A DNA stretch of 64,000 nt from contig NC_090349.1 in NCBI RefSeq assembly GCF_035084215.1, positions 24,924,001 to 24,988,000 on the forward strand, read 5' to 3'. The notes beneath the pieces were generated by a model. That model was given only the letters and a program-made list of their open reading frames with translations. It was not told the origin of the DNA and made no database searches. A program made the position numbers and the translations under genes. The stretch is from Heptranchias perlo. Lineage: Eukaryota. The first letter of the stretch is position 1, and each line of letters starts with the position of its first letter. Positions 1 to 11,400 of the stretch are shown here, one piece after another.

Positions 1-19
1 CCCCCCCCCCCCCCCCCAA

Positions 20-296
20 GTCAGGGGGAACATTCTCCCTGCATCCAATCTGTCATAATTTTATACGTTTCAATGAGATCCCCTCTCATTCTTCTAAACT
101 CGAGTGAATACAGGCCGAGTCGACCCAATCTCTCCTCATATGACAGTCCTGCCATCCCAGGAATCAGTCTGGCGAACCTTCGCTGCGCTCCCTCTATGGC
201 AAGTATATCCTCTTCGGTAAGGAGACCAAAACTGCACACAATACTCCAGATATGGTCTCACCAAGGCCCTGTAAAACTGCAGTAAGACATCCTTGC
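20..296 (-). mobile_element. CR1 LINE ORF2 3' fragment
   Basis: ORF 21..239 reads [43 protein letters not shown], the CR1 ORF2 C-terminal motif; preceded by a poly-C run at the window edge. Confidence 0.9.
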
Positions 297-309
297 TTGA
301 TTGCACAAG

Positions 310-585
310 AGGCCTGAGTTAGAAGAACAGAGCACTTAGTAGAGGATATAGGGCTGGAGGAGATTGTACAGATGGGTAGGGGAAAAGTCACAAAGGAATT
401 TATAGATGAGGACAAAGATTTTAAATATAATGTCCTAGGGGACGGGGATTCAACACAGGACTGATGGGTGAGCAGGGCTTGGTTCAGGACAGTACATGAG
501 TGGTAGAGTTTTGGACAAGTTGGAGTTTACAGAGTGTGGAAGATGGGAGGCCAACAAGGAGTTAAATCTGGAGGTGAAGACGACA
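310..585 (-). mobile_element. degenerate L2 LINE fragment
   Basis: Similar to the L2 copy at 52485-52750 (e.g. gattttaaa...gggga, gatgggtgagc, agagttttgga). Confidence 0.6.
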
Positions 586-1671
586 GATCAATAGAATGAT
601 CAATGTGATTTAACCATGGGTAGATGGTCCAACAACCCTGCCAATAATCCTGATCTCGGGAAAGCTATCTCCCTTATCGCGATTTAAGCACTACAAACCA
701 GTAGGGGCAAATCATCTAATGGAGCATCTATTCTTTGTCAAACTAATTAAAATCATGCAATTATAGTTTCTAATGTTTGTACAGTTAAATTGCATGCTGG
801 GAAAGGATTCATATGATTTAATTGATCATCTTAATTGGTCACTAACAGACATGCCTCGCAAGTGGAATTTTCTTTATCATTGCTAAGGTCATACATTGCC
901 CATCCAAAGGACAAGTTTCAGAAGATTCCAACAAGTTCTGAAGCAAGTTAAGAGAAAATGTTATCATACAGGTTAAAAGAAGTTGTAAAGAGTTTTTGAA
1001 GCAGAATGTTTCAGAGTGGAACTGAGAAAGTTCAAAATGTAAGTGTTTGAGAGAGAGAGAAAGAACAGAACATCCTAAGTGAGTCTTAGCTAATTAATGC
1101 ATTTTGAAGTCTAGTCGGTGTTGTTTAGTATACTGTACAGTCTTTTGTTTGCCCAATAACAACTTGCATTTATATAGCACCTTTTAATGTAGAAAAAAGG
1201 TGTTCCTAGGTGCTTCATAGGGGTTTAAAATCAAGAAAAATGGAAAAATAAATTGACATTTCTAAGCAACAAGTACAGTATAACAATACAGAAAACCATA
1301 TATGCAAAGTCAGGAAGGCCAGGAAGAGAAGAGGATGACTGAAGAAAGACAACAGCTACCAACAATGACTTGTCGCAGGTATCCCAAGATGAAGCCCAAG
1401 CATCCCACAGGAAGGCACAGCTGCCTGTGTCACAGCATTCAACCCATGACAAAAGGACAGGTTGTATATCTGATGCTCATGTCAAAAAAGGGGTATCTTT
1501 AATAATAGAAAGTTATCAGCAATGCATTGAATACAGACTGAAAATTTAACCTTGCTAAGCTTGAATAACGAACATAATTTTATCATAAACAAAATCCAGT
1601 TAATGCAGAGATATCGTGATACGCTTAAATTACTACTAGGCCTATGGTGATTTAGAGGGAGAAAAAGAACA

Positions 1672-1862
1672 CATTTATTACATGTCTTGAATCTTCAGGA
1701 CATCCCAAAATGCTTCACACCAAGAATTACTTTTCAATTGCAGTCATTTTTATGTAGGTAAACATAGCAGCCAATTTGCACAGAGCAAATCCCACATACA
1801 GCAAAGATAAATGACCAGTTAGTCTGTTTTGTTGGTGTTGATTGAGGGATAAATATTGGCCA
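1672..1862 (-). mobile_element. Deu-domain (SacSINE1-like) SINE, 3' part
   Basis: Reverse complement matches the 3' halves of the copies at 19689-20060 and 48680-49085 (tggccaatatttatccctcaatcaacacc...gggatgtcctga). Confidence 0.65.
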
Positions 1863-1897
1863 ATTTAGATTCTGTTGTTTGATATTAAGTATCCAAT

Positions 1898-2780
1898 TGT
1901 AAGGCAAGGGTTAATCAGACTTGCAGCAAAGTTGCAAACTGACTTGAAGTGTGCTAATGTAATGCCACTATTGATTTGTCTTTATATTCTATTAATGTTT
2001 GCTTTTAGTCTTTGTTTGTTATGTAGGGAAGTACGATTCTTAAATTGTAATATCTTAAAATAGTTACAAGTGTACTAACATGGTGACCACTGAACTTTTG
2101 AACTTACTGACCCTCACATCAACAGATTTTAATATGAAATAACGATCTGCCTAATGAGAGAAGTTAATCAGAGACATGCCATTGCATACTGGTTCCTAAG
2201 TTTCAGGGAGTTGTAATAACTGATTTGGGTGCAAGGACAAGGACAACAGTAAGTCTGGCAAAAGAAAAACATTCTCTTTTTAATTAAAATTTAGAATCAA
2301 ACTGGTGCTAAATGATACAGAATCAAAGACAGACTTATAATTAGTAGTTTGACTTTGTAGGATAGCAATTAAAAGTAACAAGACAGAAACATATGATAAG
2401 ATAACAAACGGGAGGGAGTCAAACTGATCTGTTAGCTCAATGGAAAAAGAGTTTGTTAGTGAGAAAAATCAGCTTCCAAACTGAGTTAATGATAAGGCGC
2501 GCGCGCACACACGCACACACACACACACACACAAAACGTAAGGAGAATTTGGATTCCAAGGTTCGATCAACCTGAATACTGAGCTCAGAACCAACGCATT
2601 TTGAGTCCCCAAACAGCAGGTGTGATTGTAAGCACTACATTTTTAAGTGTATGCCGAAGTACTAGTGCATGTATTTTATACTTAATAAATGTATGAATGC
2701 TTGACCTCAACGTTTCAAGAACCTTATTGATTGAGAAATAGACAGAACATCTAATAATAAATAAAAAGCACCCCCTAACA
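1898..2780 (+). mobile_element. solo LTR (Gypsy/ERV-type)
   Basis: Starts TGTAAGG and ends CCTAACA (6/7 inverted termini, TG...CA); 4-bp target-site duplication CAAT at 1894-1897 and 2781-2784; AATAAA near the 3' end (~2684, ~2756). Confidence 0.7.
2498..2533. repeat. (GC)n(CA)n microsatellite
   Basis: gcgcgcgcgcacacacgcacacacacacacacacac. Confidence 0.9.
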
Positions 2781-3278
2781 CAATCACTTCACTGTGATCA
2801 TCAATACTTAACCTTGTGACATGTTAATTGTATTATCATAGATGTTGTTAAATATAGTGTTAATTAATGCACCTTTGTGCTCAACTCCATCCTTGATGCT
2901 CTGGCAAGTAAAAATTAAGTTACAGTTCACTCAGTGTTGTATTATATATATGCCATCCAACAAAATTCAGAAAAGCAGACAGACAGCATCAAAAAGCTGA
3001 CAACTCATAACAATATAAATTGAAAAACAGCCCTAAATAAGGGCCAATAACTAATGCCACTGCTTGAATGAGAATTACTGAATGTTAGGATATTTATTAA
3101 TGTTTTGCAATCACATTCCATAATTCATCCTTACAGGACATACGGAAAGTAGTTACAATGGGAGTGGATTGGGACATTAACTTGTCTGCAACTATATCCG
3201 ATATTCCATCAGTTTTATTCTCTCCCCCTCAGATTTCATACTGGCACTTTCCCTGTCCCAATTCTTAGTGATATTCCC

Positions 3279-5070
3279 AAGAGGACACTAAGAATATCCC
3301 AACACTGGACAAACAGGGGACTCTCGGGGGGGAGGAGCTAAATACGATTAAAATCACTCAGGAGATGGTACTCAGTAAAATAATGGGACTCAAGGCGGAT
3401 AAATCCCCTGGACCTGATGGCTTCCATCCTAGGGTCTTGAGGGAAGTGGCAGTAGGGATTGTGGATGCTTTGGTGATAGTTTTCCAAAATTCCCTGGACT
3501 CAGGAGAGGTCCCGGCAGATTGGAAAACTGCTAATGTAACACCGTTATTTAAAAAGGGTAGTAGGCAGAAGGCTGGAAATTATAGGCCAGTTAGCTTAAC
3601 ATCTGTGGTGGGTAAAATTTTGGAGTCTATTATTAAGGAGACAGTAACGGAACATTTAGATAAGCATAATTTAATAGGACAAAGTCAGCATGGCTTTATG
3701 AAGGGGAAGTCATGTCTGACAAATTTGCTTGAGTTCTTCGAGGATATAACGTATAGGGTGGATAAAGGGGAACCAGTGGACATAGTGTATTTAGACTTCC
3801 AGAAGGCATTCGACAAGGTGCCACATAAAAGATTATTACTTAAGATAAAAAATCACGGGATTGGGGGTAATATTCTGGCATGGGTGGAGGATTGGTTATC
3901 GAACAGGAAGCAGAGAGTTGGGATAAATGGTTCATTTTCGGACTGGCAACCAGTAACCAGTGGTGTTCCACAGGGGTCGGTGCTGGGTCCCCAACTCTTT
4001 ACAATCTATATTAACGATTTGGAGGAGGGGACCGAGTGCAACATATCAAAATTTGCAGATGATACAAAGATGGGAGGGAAAGTAGAGAGTGAGGAGGACA
4101 TAAAAAACCTGCAAGGGGATATAGACAGGCTGGGTGAGTGGGCGGAGATTTGGCAGATGCAATATAATATTGGAAAATGTGAGGTTATGCACTTTGGCAG
4201 GAAAAATCAGAGAGCAAGTTATTTTCTTAATGGCGAGAGACTGGAAAGTACTGCAGTACAAAGGGATCTGGGGGTCCCAGTGCAAGAAAATCAAAAAGTT
4301 GGTATGCAGGTGCAGCAGGTGATCAAGAAAGCCAACAGAATGTTGGCTTTTATTGCTAGGGGGATAGAATATAAAAACAAGGAGGTATTGCTGCAGTTAT
4401 ATAAGGTATTGGTGAGACCGCACCTGGAATACTGCATACAGTTTTGGTCTCCATACTTAAGAAAAGACATACTTGCTCTCGAGGCAGTACAAAGAAGGTT
4501 CACTCGGTTAATCCCGGGGATGAGGGGGCGGACATATGAGGAGAGGTTGAGTAGATTGGGACTCTACTCATTGGAGTTCAGAAGAATGAGAGGCGATCTT
4601 ATTGAAACATATAAGATTGTGAAGGGTCTTGATCGGGTGGATGCAGTAAGGATGTTCCCAAAGATGGGTGAAACTAGAACTAGGGGGCATAATCTTAGAA
4701 TAAGGGGCTGCTCTTTCAAAACTGAGATGAGGAGAAACTTCTTCACTCAGAGGGTGGTCGGTCTGTGGAATTTGCTGCCCCAGGAAGCTGTGGAAGCTAC
4801 ATCATTAGATAAATTTAATGAAGTAAAGGGAATTAGGGGTTATGGGGAGCGGGCAGGAAATTGGACATGAAGCTGAGTTCGGATCGGTCAATGCCCTGTG
4901 GGTGGCGGAGAGGGCCCAGGGGCTATGTGGCCGGGTCCTGCTCCGACTTCTTGTGTTCTTTAGATTTGTGGTTGGGATCAGATCAGCCATGATCTTATTG
5001 AATGGCGGAGCAGGCTCGAGGGGCCGATTGGCCTACTCCTGCTCCAATTTCTTATGTTCTTATGTTCTTA
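3279..5070 (+). mobile_element. young 5'-truncated CR1 LINE with an uninterrupted RT reading frame
   Basis: 501-aa ORF 3365..4870 with [32 protein letters not shown] and FADD motifs; 3' (TTCTTATG)n tail; candidate TSD TATTCCC at 3272-3278 and 5069-5075. Confidence 0.95.
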
Positions 5071-5311
5071 TTCCCTTTCCTTCTAACGTCATCCATTTCC
5101 CTCCCTTTTCCGACCATCCATTTCCCATTCCTCTTCTCTTCATTTTCCCCATTCCTCTCCCTCTATCACTGGCATCCACTTCTCCATCTGATCCAATCCA
5201 TTCAAATCCATCTCCCCATTCCCTTACCATATATTCTGTCCATCCATTTCCCTTCCTTCCATTCACACGGTCATCCCTTCCATCATGCTCTCCAATGACT
5301 AAATCAGTCCA

Positions 5312-5506
5312 ATGGCTGATTTACTGGAATTAGGTCCATTTCTCCTCTCTGTGCTGCTCCCAGCACCAATGGCTGGGATTGCAGCCTCTGTATAATGCAG
5401 GCAAGAACTCCCATTCTCAAGAGTTTCTGCCTACAGTAAACAGACGCTACAACCCTTGCAATTAGCACTGGGAGGAAGCGGAGACAAGTTCTGATGCATT
5501 AGCCAT
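5312..5506. repeat. long imperfect palindrome (hairpin-type repeat or MITE remnant)
   Basis: Nested complementary arms: tgcaggcaagaactc/gagtttctgcctaca, gggattgcagcctctgt/acagacgctacaaccc, ctcccagcaccaat/attagcactgggag, atggctgattt/gcattagccat. Confidence 0.75.
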
Positions 5507-6122
5507 CGGAATCGGGAGGTATAGGACTCGGGAAGAGAGGAGCCCAGCTGCATCGATTTTTCTCAACAAATGCTCTGTATCACGTCAACAACATTTCAAA
5601 ACTTAGATTTTTCAATTTAAGATTTAATTTCCCCTAATTTGTTGTGCATTTTGGAGAATATGCTCATGTGAACATACAAATATACTGCAGTACAAAAATA
5701 ATTTTAGAAAAATATAAAACAGCTAAAAGAATTTAAGATAGTCATTTACATTATTCTCTAGCTGCTGGATTTAGACAGAGGTGTTAATCGTTTCTATGAA
5801 TTAATCAAATTAACACATCTGGCATTTACAAATGCAAGAACTGAGGCTGTTAAAGGGTGCATTGTATGATGTAAAGGACTAGTCTGCTTCCTTTGACAGA
5901 GCTCAGTAGTGAGTTAAATGCTATTTGGGAATACCAGGATATTGTGGGTTGTGCCCCAGCGATGGTGGCTGCAGAAAGTACTGCACTGATGGGATTCTCT
6001 GTAGATATTTGGAATTTTGCGCACACACTCACAAACAACTTTTAGGCATTCTGAAGGTGTCTTAGCCTGGGCTGCAGGTCAGGGAAAACAGGTTTGCTGG
6101 GCTAAATTTGGACATGCAGACA

Positions 6123-6386
6123 CAGGGTTGCCAACGCTCCAGGATTGTCCTGAAGTCTCCAGGTATTAAAGATTAACCTCCTGAACACTGCTATAAGTGA
6201 CAAGGAGAAAAATCATGAGCGATTAAAATAAAATATGTGTTTTTTTCAATTTCTTTGAACACATTCATTTATTAGTTATAAAATAATGGAGATGTGGGAA
6301 AAAGATTTTGACTGGGCAGGGCAGTAGGAAGTGGGAGATCATGTGACAAAACCAAGGAATACAACCAACCAGAATTAGCAACCCGA
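6123..6386. mobile_element. non-autonomous hAT-like MITE
   Basis: TIRs CAGGGTTGCCAAC and ATTAGCAACCCGA; flanking direct repeat GCAGACA on both sides (7 of an 8-bp TSD). Confidence 0.7.
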
Positions 6387-7649
6387 GCAGACAACACTTA
6401 AAAAAACAATGATTCTTTGCACAAAATGCAAATGATTGCCAATTATGTTGTATTTCAGTCCTGCTGTGATTGATCTGGCTCGTTTAACTATCAATATAAT
6501 TTGGTCCAGAACAAATGGGACAGTCCAAAAGAGTGGCTGGATATGAATGGTAGACCCTGATCCAATTTTTTAACATGTACATGTAAGAGAAGGTGGGAGA
6601 AAGGAGAAAAATGTGTTATATTCTTTAATATAGATTATTTACTGGAAATTTTAATACAATATATCTTACACATGAACATTCCTCAATCCTACAGTTGTGA
6701 ACTCTTAACTTTGTTTTGAGCAAGTCAGATGCACTACTTAAATTTTTGTTTAGCCTAGACATGGAATTTGTCTGTTGCCAAATAACATTGACATTGTCTC
6801 GTGTATAATTAACCACCCAGCATACCACACAAAAGCAGAGAGAAATGAACATTGTGAATATAGTCATGAACGTTCTGTAGTCACTTATTTGAATAGAGCA
6901 AGAAAACAATGATGCATATATGCATTGCTCTAATACATTCAGTTGCAACAGATAACAAAAAATGATACTGAATTCAATGCTATATCTGTTCTAAGCTTTT
7001 GCCATGCACTTTTCAAAAATTTAAATCTAGTTTTTAAAATTTCTTCAAATGAATTAATTTGTAGTAGACATACATTAATTAACTGCTGTTATCATACCCT
7101 ATTTATAATGTAAATTATATTTTCAAGAATTAGGAAAGTTACATTTTATCACCCAATTCAGTTAAGACTGTGGCACTTTATATAAACATAATAAACTCTC
7201 ATTTTATTATTTTAAATGATACCAACCTCCACCTGAAAATCCTGACACACCTTAATTGAATTGGGAGGGCTCAAGAATACAAATCTGAATTTCCTGAGAC
7301 CCACACTCCATTCTGGTAAACACACGGTACGTTCAACAGACGCCATGGTTCATTTTTGTCACATCCCCTCGAGGAACACAATAGGCCAACAGAATTACTC
7401 AGATCTCAACATGAAGCTGGCCACAGTTTCCAGTCAAAAAGAAACTCCAATATAAAAAGAGAAATGCACAGCAAGTTGATCAGCACCTGAAAGAAAAAGG
7501 CGAGCGTCTCCGATATTCTGACCCCTTATCAGAAAGAAATTCTGGGCCCACAAGAATCTCACTCATTCTTGGCTTAGAAATTTAACCGATTTTTTATATA
7601 ACTCGCTCAACACAGCTCTGCTGTTTAAGTGACTTTTTCATCCGTCTGG

Positions 7650-8470
7650 CTCTTAATGTTGACAGCTCCACATAACAATTCGTCTTTATATCCATAAGAC
7701 CGTCATTAACGCAGTTCTCCGCCTCAGCGAGACACCAATATTATCAGCAATAATAGTCACCAACTTAAGCCAAACAACTCCTTCGTGGTATTAGTTCTGG
7801 TCACGATTGCTTGCACTCTGAACTTCGCCCTTTAACCCGGCGGACGTCACACCGCTTAGTGACAAGATGGCCGCTAAGAGGGTGGAATTGGATTTTGGGG
7901 ACCGCAAATTGTTCGAGGAGTTTGAAGATTCAAAACCTTCTCACGTCCGTTTTTACGATTCCGAAGATACGGGCGAGACGGAGGCTATGAGGAAGAAGCT
8001 GCAGGAATGCGAGGAGAGCGTAGGTTACTTGCAGGCGGAGAATATCCTTCCGTTTAAAGGAAATGTGACTCGCAAAATCAAACGGGGCGCCTCAGGAGCG
8101 ATTGGCTCGTGTCGGTGAAGTCGCGTAAAGTAGACGGGATTAAACGGGGCAGTGCGGCCGTTTAACGGCGTGCGCTCGCTGCTCTCGAGTGTTCGTTATC
8201 GGTCTGTTAGATCGCGGTTACCTGGTTTTAAAATGTGATTTTGGTTTCACTTCTTGGTTTGGCTTCACCGGATAGGCCCAGAACACAGGCCTGCGAATCA
8301 TCTCATTGTAGCTTCATTTTCATTCCTCGGGAATCCGACCGCAGCAACTTCCTGGGCTGGAAACGCGTTTTTTTTAACCGTTCTGTGCGGAGTGGTTGTA
8401 TGATTTTAATCCATCTAGTTTGGAACGCATTTAACTCGATCTAATTTTGGAGTAAGTACGTTTGCGGCAT
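7650..8470 (+). promoter_or_regulatory. ZCCHC8: CpG-island promoter of ZCCHC8
   Basis: Locally high CpG density; CRE-like GACGTCA at 7843-7849; YY1-type CAAGATGGCCGC over the start codon (7863-7874); inverted CCAAT (ATTGG) at 8101. Confidence 0.75.
7867..8041 (+). CDS. ZCCHC8: ZCCHC8 exon 1 (coding part)
   Basis: [20 protein letters not shown]...GYLQAE(N); followed by U12 donor ATATCCTTC at 8042. Confidence 0.92.
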
Positions 8471-11400
8471 TAGATGTGTTCATTCAGAATGGTTGTAAAT
8501 TCAGTTGCGTTGAAACTTGCTACTTTTTTCAGTCTCTATTACACCTGCAGAGTTTATTCATTTCTGATCTGATGGCTTTTGATGAGCCCGTTTACGGTTA
8601 ATGCATGGAGTAATATACATTTGTATGTTTCAAAACCTTAATGTCTGGCGTTACTCCAAAACTTTCTTGATAAATGTCGCAATGAGGGTTATGGTGCATT
8701 CACATTGCAAATTTAGCGTTAGTGTAAAGGGTTAATTTATGGACCGTAAATCGGGTGTGAAGGTCCGAACTACCTCGAACGTAGTAAGAGTCTTTCTTTC
8801 ACGCTTGACTCTGGATTCAGTCTGTATTTACACTAACTGTATCGTAGGTGCAAAGCCAAACCGCTTCACATGGGTACTACAGTTGTAGTGTTAATGCACC
8901 TTTGAACTATAGGTCCTGATTTGAGATTAGTACCTGCTTGCAGCTATGTGGAACTGGTGGACCTGAGTTATACTGTTTGGTCCACAATATTCTCCAGTCA
9001 GGAAAAGCAGACAGACCCCACACATAATAGTACCAAATACTGGTTAAATTTTAATGTTTAGCAGATTACTATGCAGACATTTAAGAATATTAGAAATTGA
9101 GTTCACCAAGTTCTGGGCAGCCTGTTTGCTTAGCACTAGATGTAGTCATGTAGCTGGTGCCCCTGAAGGAGCATGAGACAACATTCTTGAACTGGTCTCC
9201 CACCACTTAGTAAAATGTGAAATATTATCACCACATTCAGTTATACTATATATTTTGCATTGGTGTAAAGCTAAAACTGTAAAATGTGTAGTAATATCTA
9301 GGAAAAATAAATCTGGCACTTTGTTTTGGTGCCACAATAGGTCTCTGTCCATTTTAAACGATGATTATTGTAAATGCATGGAGATTGGGTGCAATCTTAT
9401 TGTTTTTCTTTGGTTATCAATGATGCTGGCTAGTATTTTTTTATTATTTTGATGACTTGTGAGGCGTCTAGAGTAGCCCTTGGTGATTTAAGTTTGAAGT
9501 TTAGAGAAGGAAACGTAACAAAGTATTTACAGCTTACTAGCCATTATTTAGTAAATAGAACATTACAACTATTACAGTATTTGGTGTGTGGTAAAAGATT
9601 GGTTGAATAGTTTACAACTAGCTTTGAGTGTATTTTAATGTACTAGTCAAATATCGTATGACGTCCTGTCCATGGTACACTTGAAAAAGGCTTTTTTTAA
9701 GTGTTTGATCTTGAATGCTTATTGTCAGTATATTAGGTTTTTTTCCTGAACAATCTGTATACATCAGGAACTGAAGAGGAAGTTGAACTTGTTGACCCAG
9801 CCAAGGTAACGTGAATATTACAAGAGCCTAATATTTTGTCGTGTTTTCTATAATTATCTAGAAATGAACAGCTGCATTTAGTCACACAGATCATGTAATA
9901 TTTTCCTTTGCATACAATGATGTCTCCATATGTGTCAATAGTGTATATAAATATTTGGCTAGTTCTGTTTTCTAAATTTTTCTTAGCTATTGATAGCTTA
10001 AAAGACTACCATTACCTAAAATCAGTTAATATATCTTAGGTTCAAATCCTATAAACAATAAACAAAAGATGTTTTCTTTACATTTATTGAACTGGCTTTC
10101 TGTTTTTTTTAAAAAGCCCTCCTCTTCATTATGCTCCAGCATTCCTCACATCTGCAATCGTTGCAGGTTTGAGATTTTTTTTAAAGGTTCAATTTGGGTG
10201 TTGCTTGGCATATTTGTGCAATTTAATCAGATAAAAGTAATACGTTTGGTGGTTTGTGTTTGACTTTCACCATAAAGGTTAACTTGGATTGGATTCCATA
10301 TTCTGCAAGTTTTGAAAGTTTTCATTAAACTTCTAACCTTTCTTTGCCAGTAAAATAGTTGTGAGTGACTCCAAAACAGATGGTCCAATGGTTCAGATCT
10401 TGTTTATGAACAACAATATTTCAAAGTAAGTTTGAGTTTAAACATCATCTCTTTTTTTAAAGTTTTGCTTCCTGCTTTGCAGTATTTCCAGTTTGACACC
10501 AACCGCTCTGATTTGTGCAACAATTTAATTTCAGGCAGTTTCATCAAGAAATTGAAGATTTCATTGCAGGTTTAGCTGAAAAATATGAAAAAGAAACGCA
10601 AAGTGATCCTGAAAAAACATCATTTAATGTGAAACCTCAGGTGAATAAATGGAATAAGTGAAATCATTTGAGAAAATACGGATTTTGTTCGGATAGAATT
10701 GTTCTTTAAAATGTATATATAAAATACATATATTTCTTTTCAGCCATCAAGTGTGCTGCTGGAAGAGCACCTTAAATTGAAAACCTCAAATACGGTAAAG
10801 AAAATAAAAGATGCATTTCATGTAAGTGACATCCAAATATCAGCATTATTTAATTACTAAAAACCATGGCTCAGAACTGAAGTCACAATCTCTGAGCTGC
10901 ACAGATCAGGAAGACCTAGGTTCGATCTCTGCTCTGTGTTGAGTTTGTTGATCTCGGCTCGGGCAGCTGTAGGAGTGATGCAATTTGCAGGAGTACCCCT
11001 GGGTTAGGGAAGGACAACTTAACCAGCTATTTGCTATCCAGTAACTCCTATTGCAAGTGCACGTGGATACCACATGAGGATGGGATTAAACTTAGTGCAA
11101 TGTGTGGCACAGTCATATAGTCAATTGCCACTCACTGTTGTGGCTCATTTGAATAATGGTCTCTTGGCAAAGCAACAGAGAGATCATGAATTCTATCCAA
11201 ATTATTTAATCTTCTGAGGGGATGTTCTGCGGAGTTTCTCCCAGCACCAAATGTAGGCAAGCAGAATTCCAGAATATCTAAACGTGCAGCCTACTTTATT
11301 CAATCTTGGTTCCTTTCCATGGTCCTCGCAGTTTAGAAACTGTTACATTCCCTATGATATTTGGTCATGTCGGTCTCCAATTAAAACTTTCAGTATTGTG

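Noticed and set aside
1302-1502. Purine-rich 66-aa ORF as a possible exon of an upstream gene such as RSRC2
   Set aside because: No recognisable protein similarity and no convincing splice sites.
3365-4870. 501-aa reverse transcriptase as a domesticated host gene or novel RT system
   Set aside because: It is an ordinary 5'-truncated CR1 ORF2 with a retrotransposon tail, a candidate TSD and several sister copies in the window.
4842-5333. 163-aa Pro/Phe-rich ORF
   Set aside because: It spans the CR1 3' UTR and a low-complexity pyrimidine tract that lacks stops by composition.
7455-7540. Penelope-like terminal repeat remnant with a possible hammerhead ribozyme
   Set aside because: Too degenerate; the CUGAUGA and GAAA catalytic core motifs are not intact.
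7867-8118. 83-aa ORF as a standalone small gene
   Set aside because: It is ZCCHC8 exon 1 reading into the AT-AC intron.
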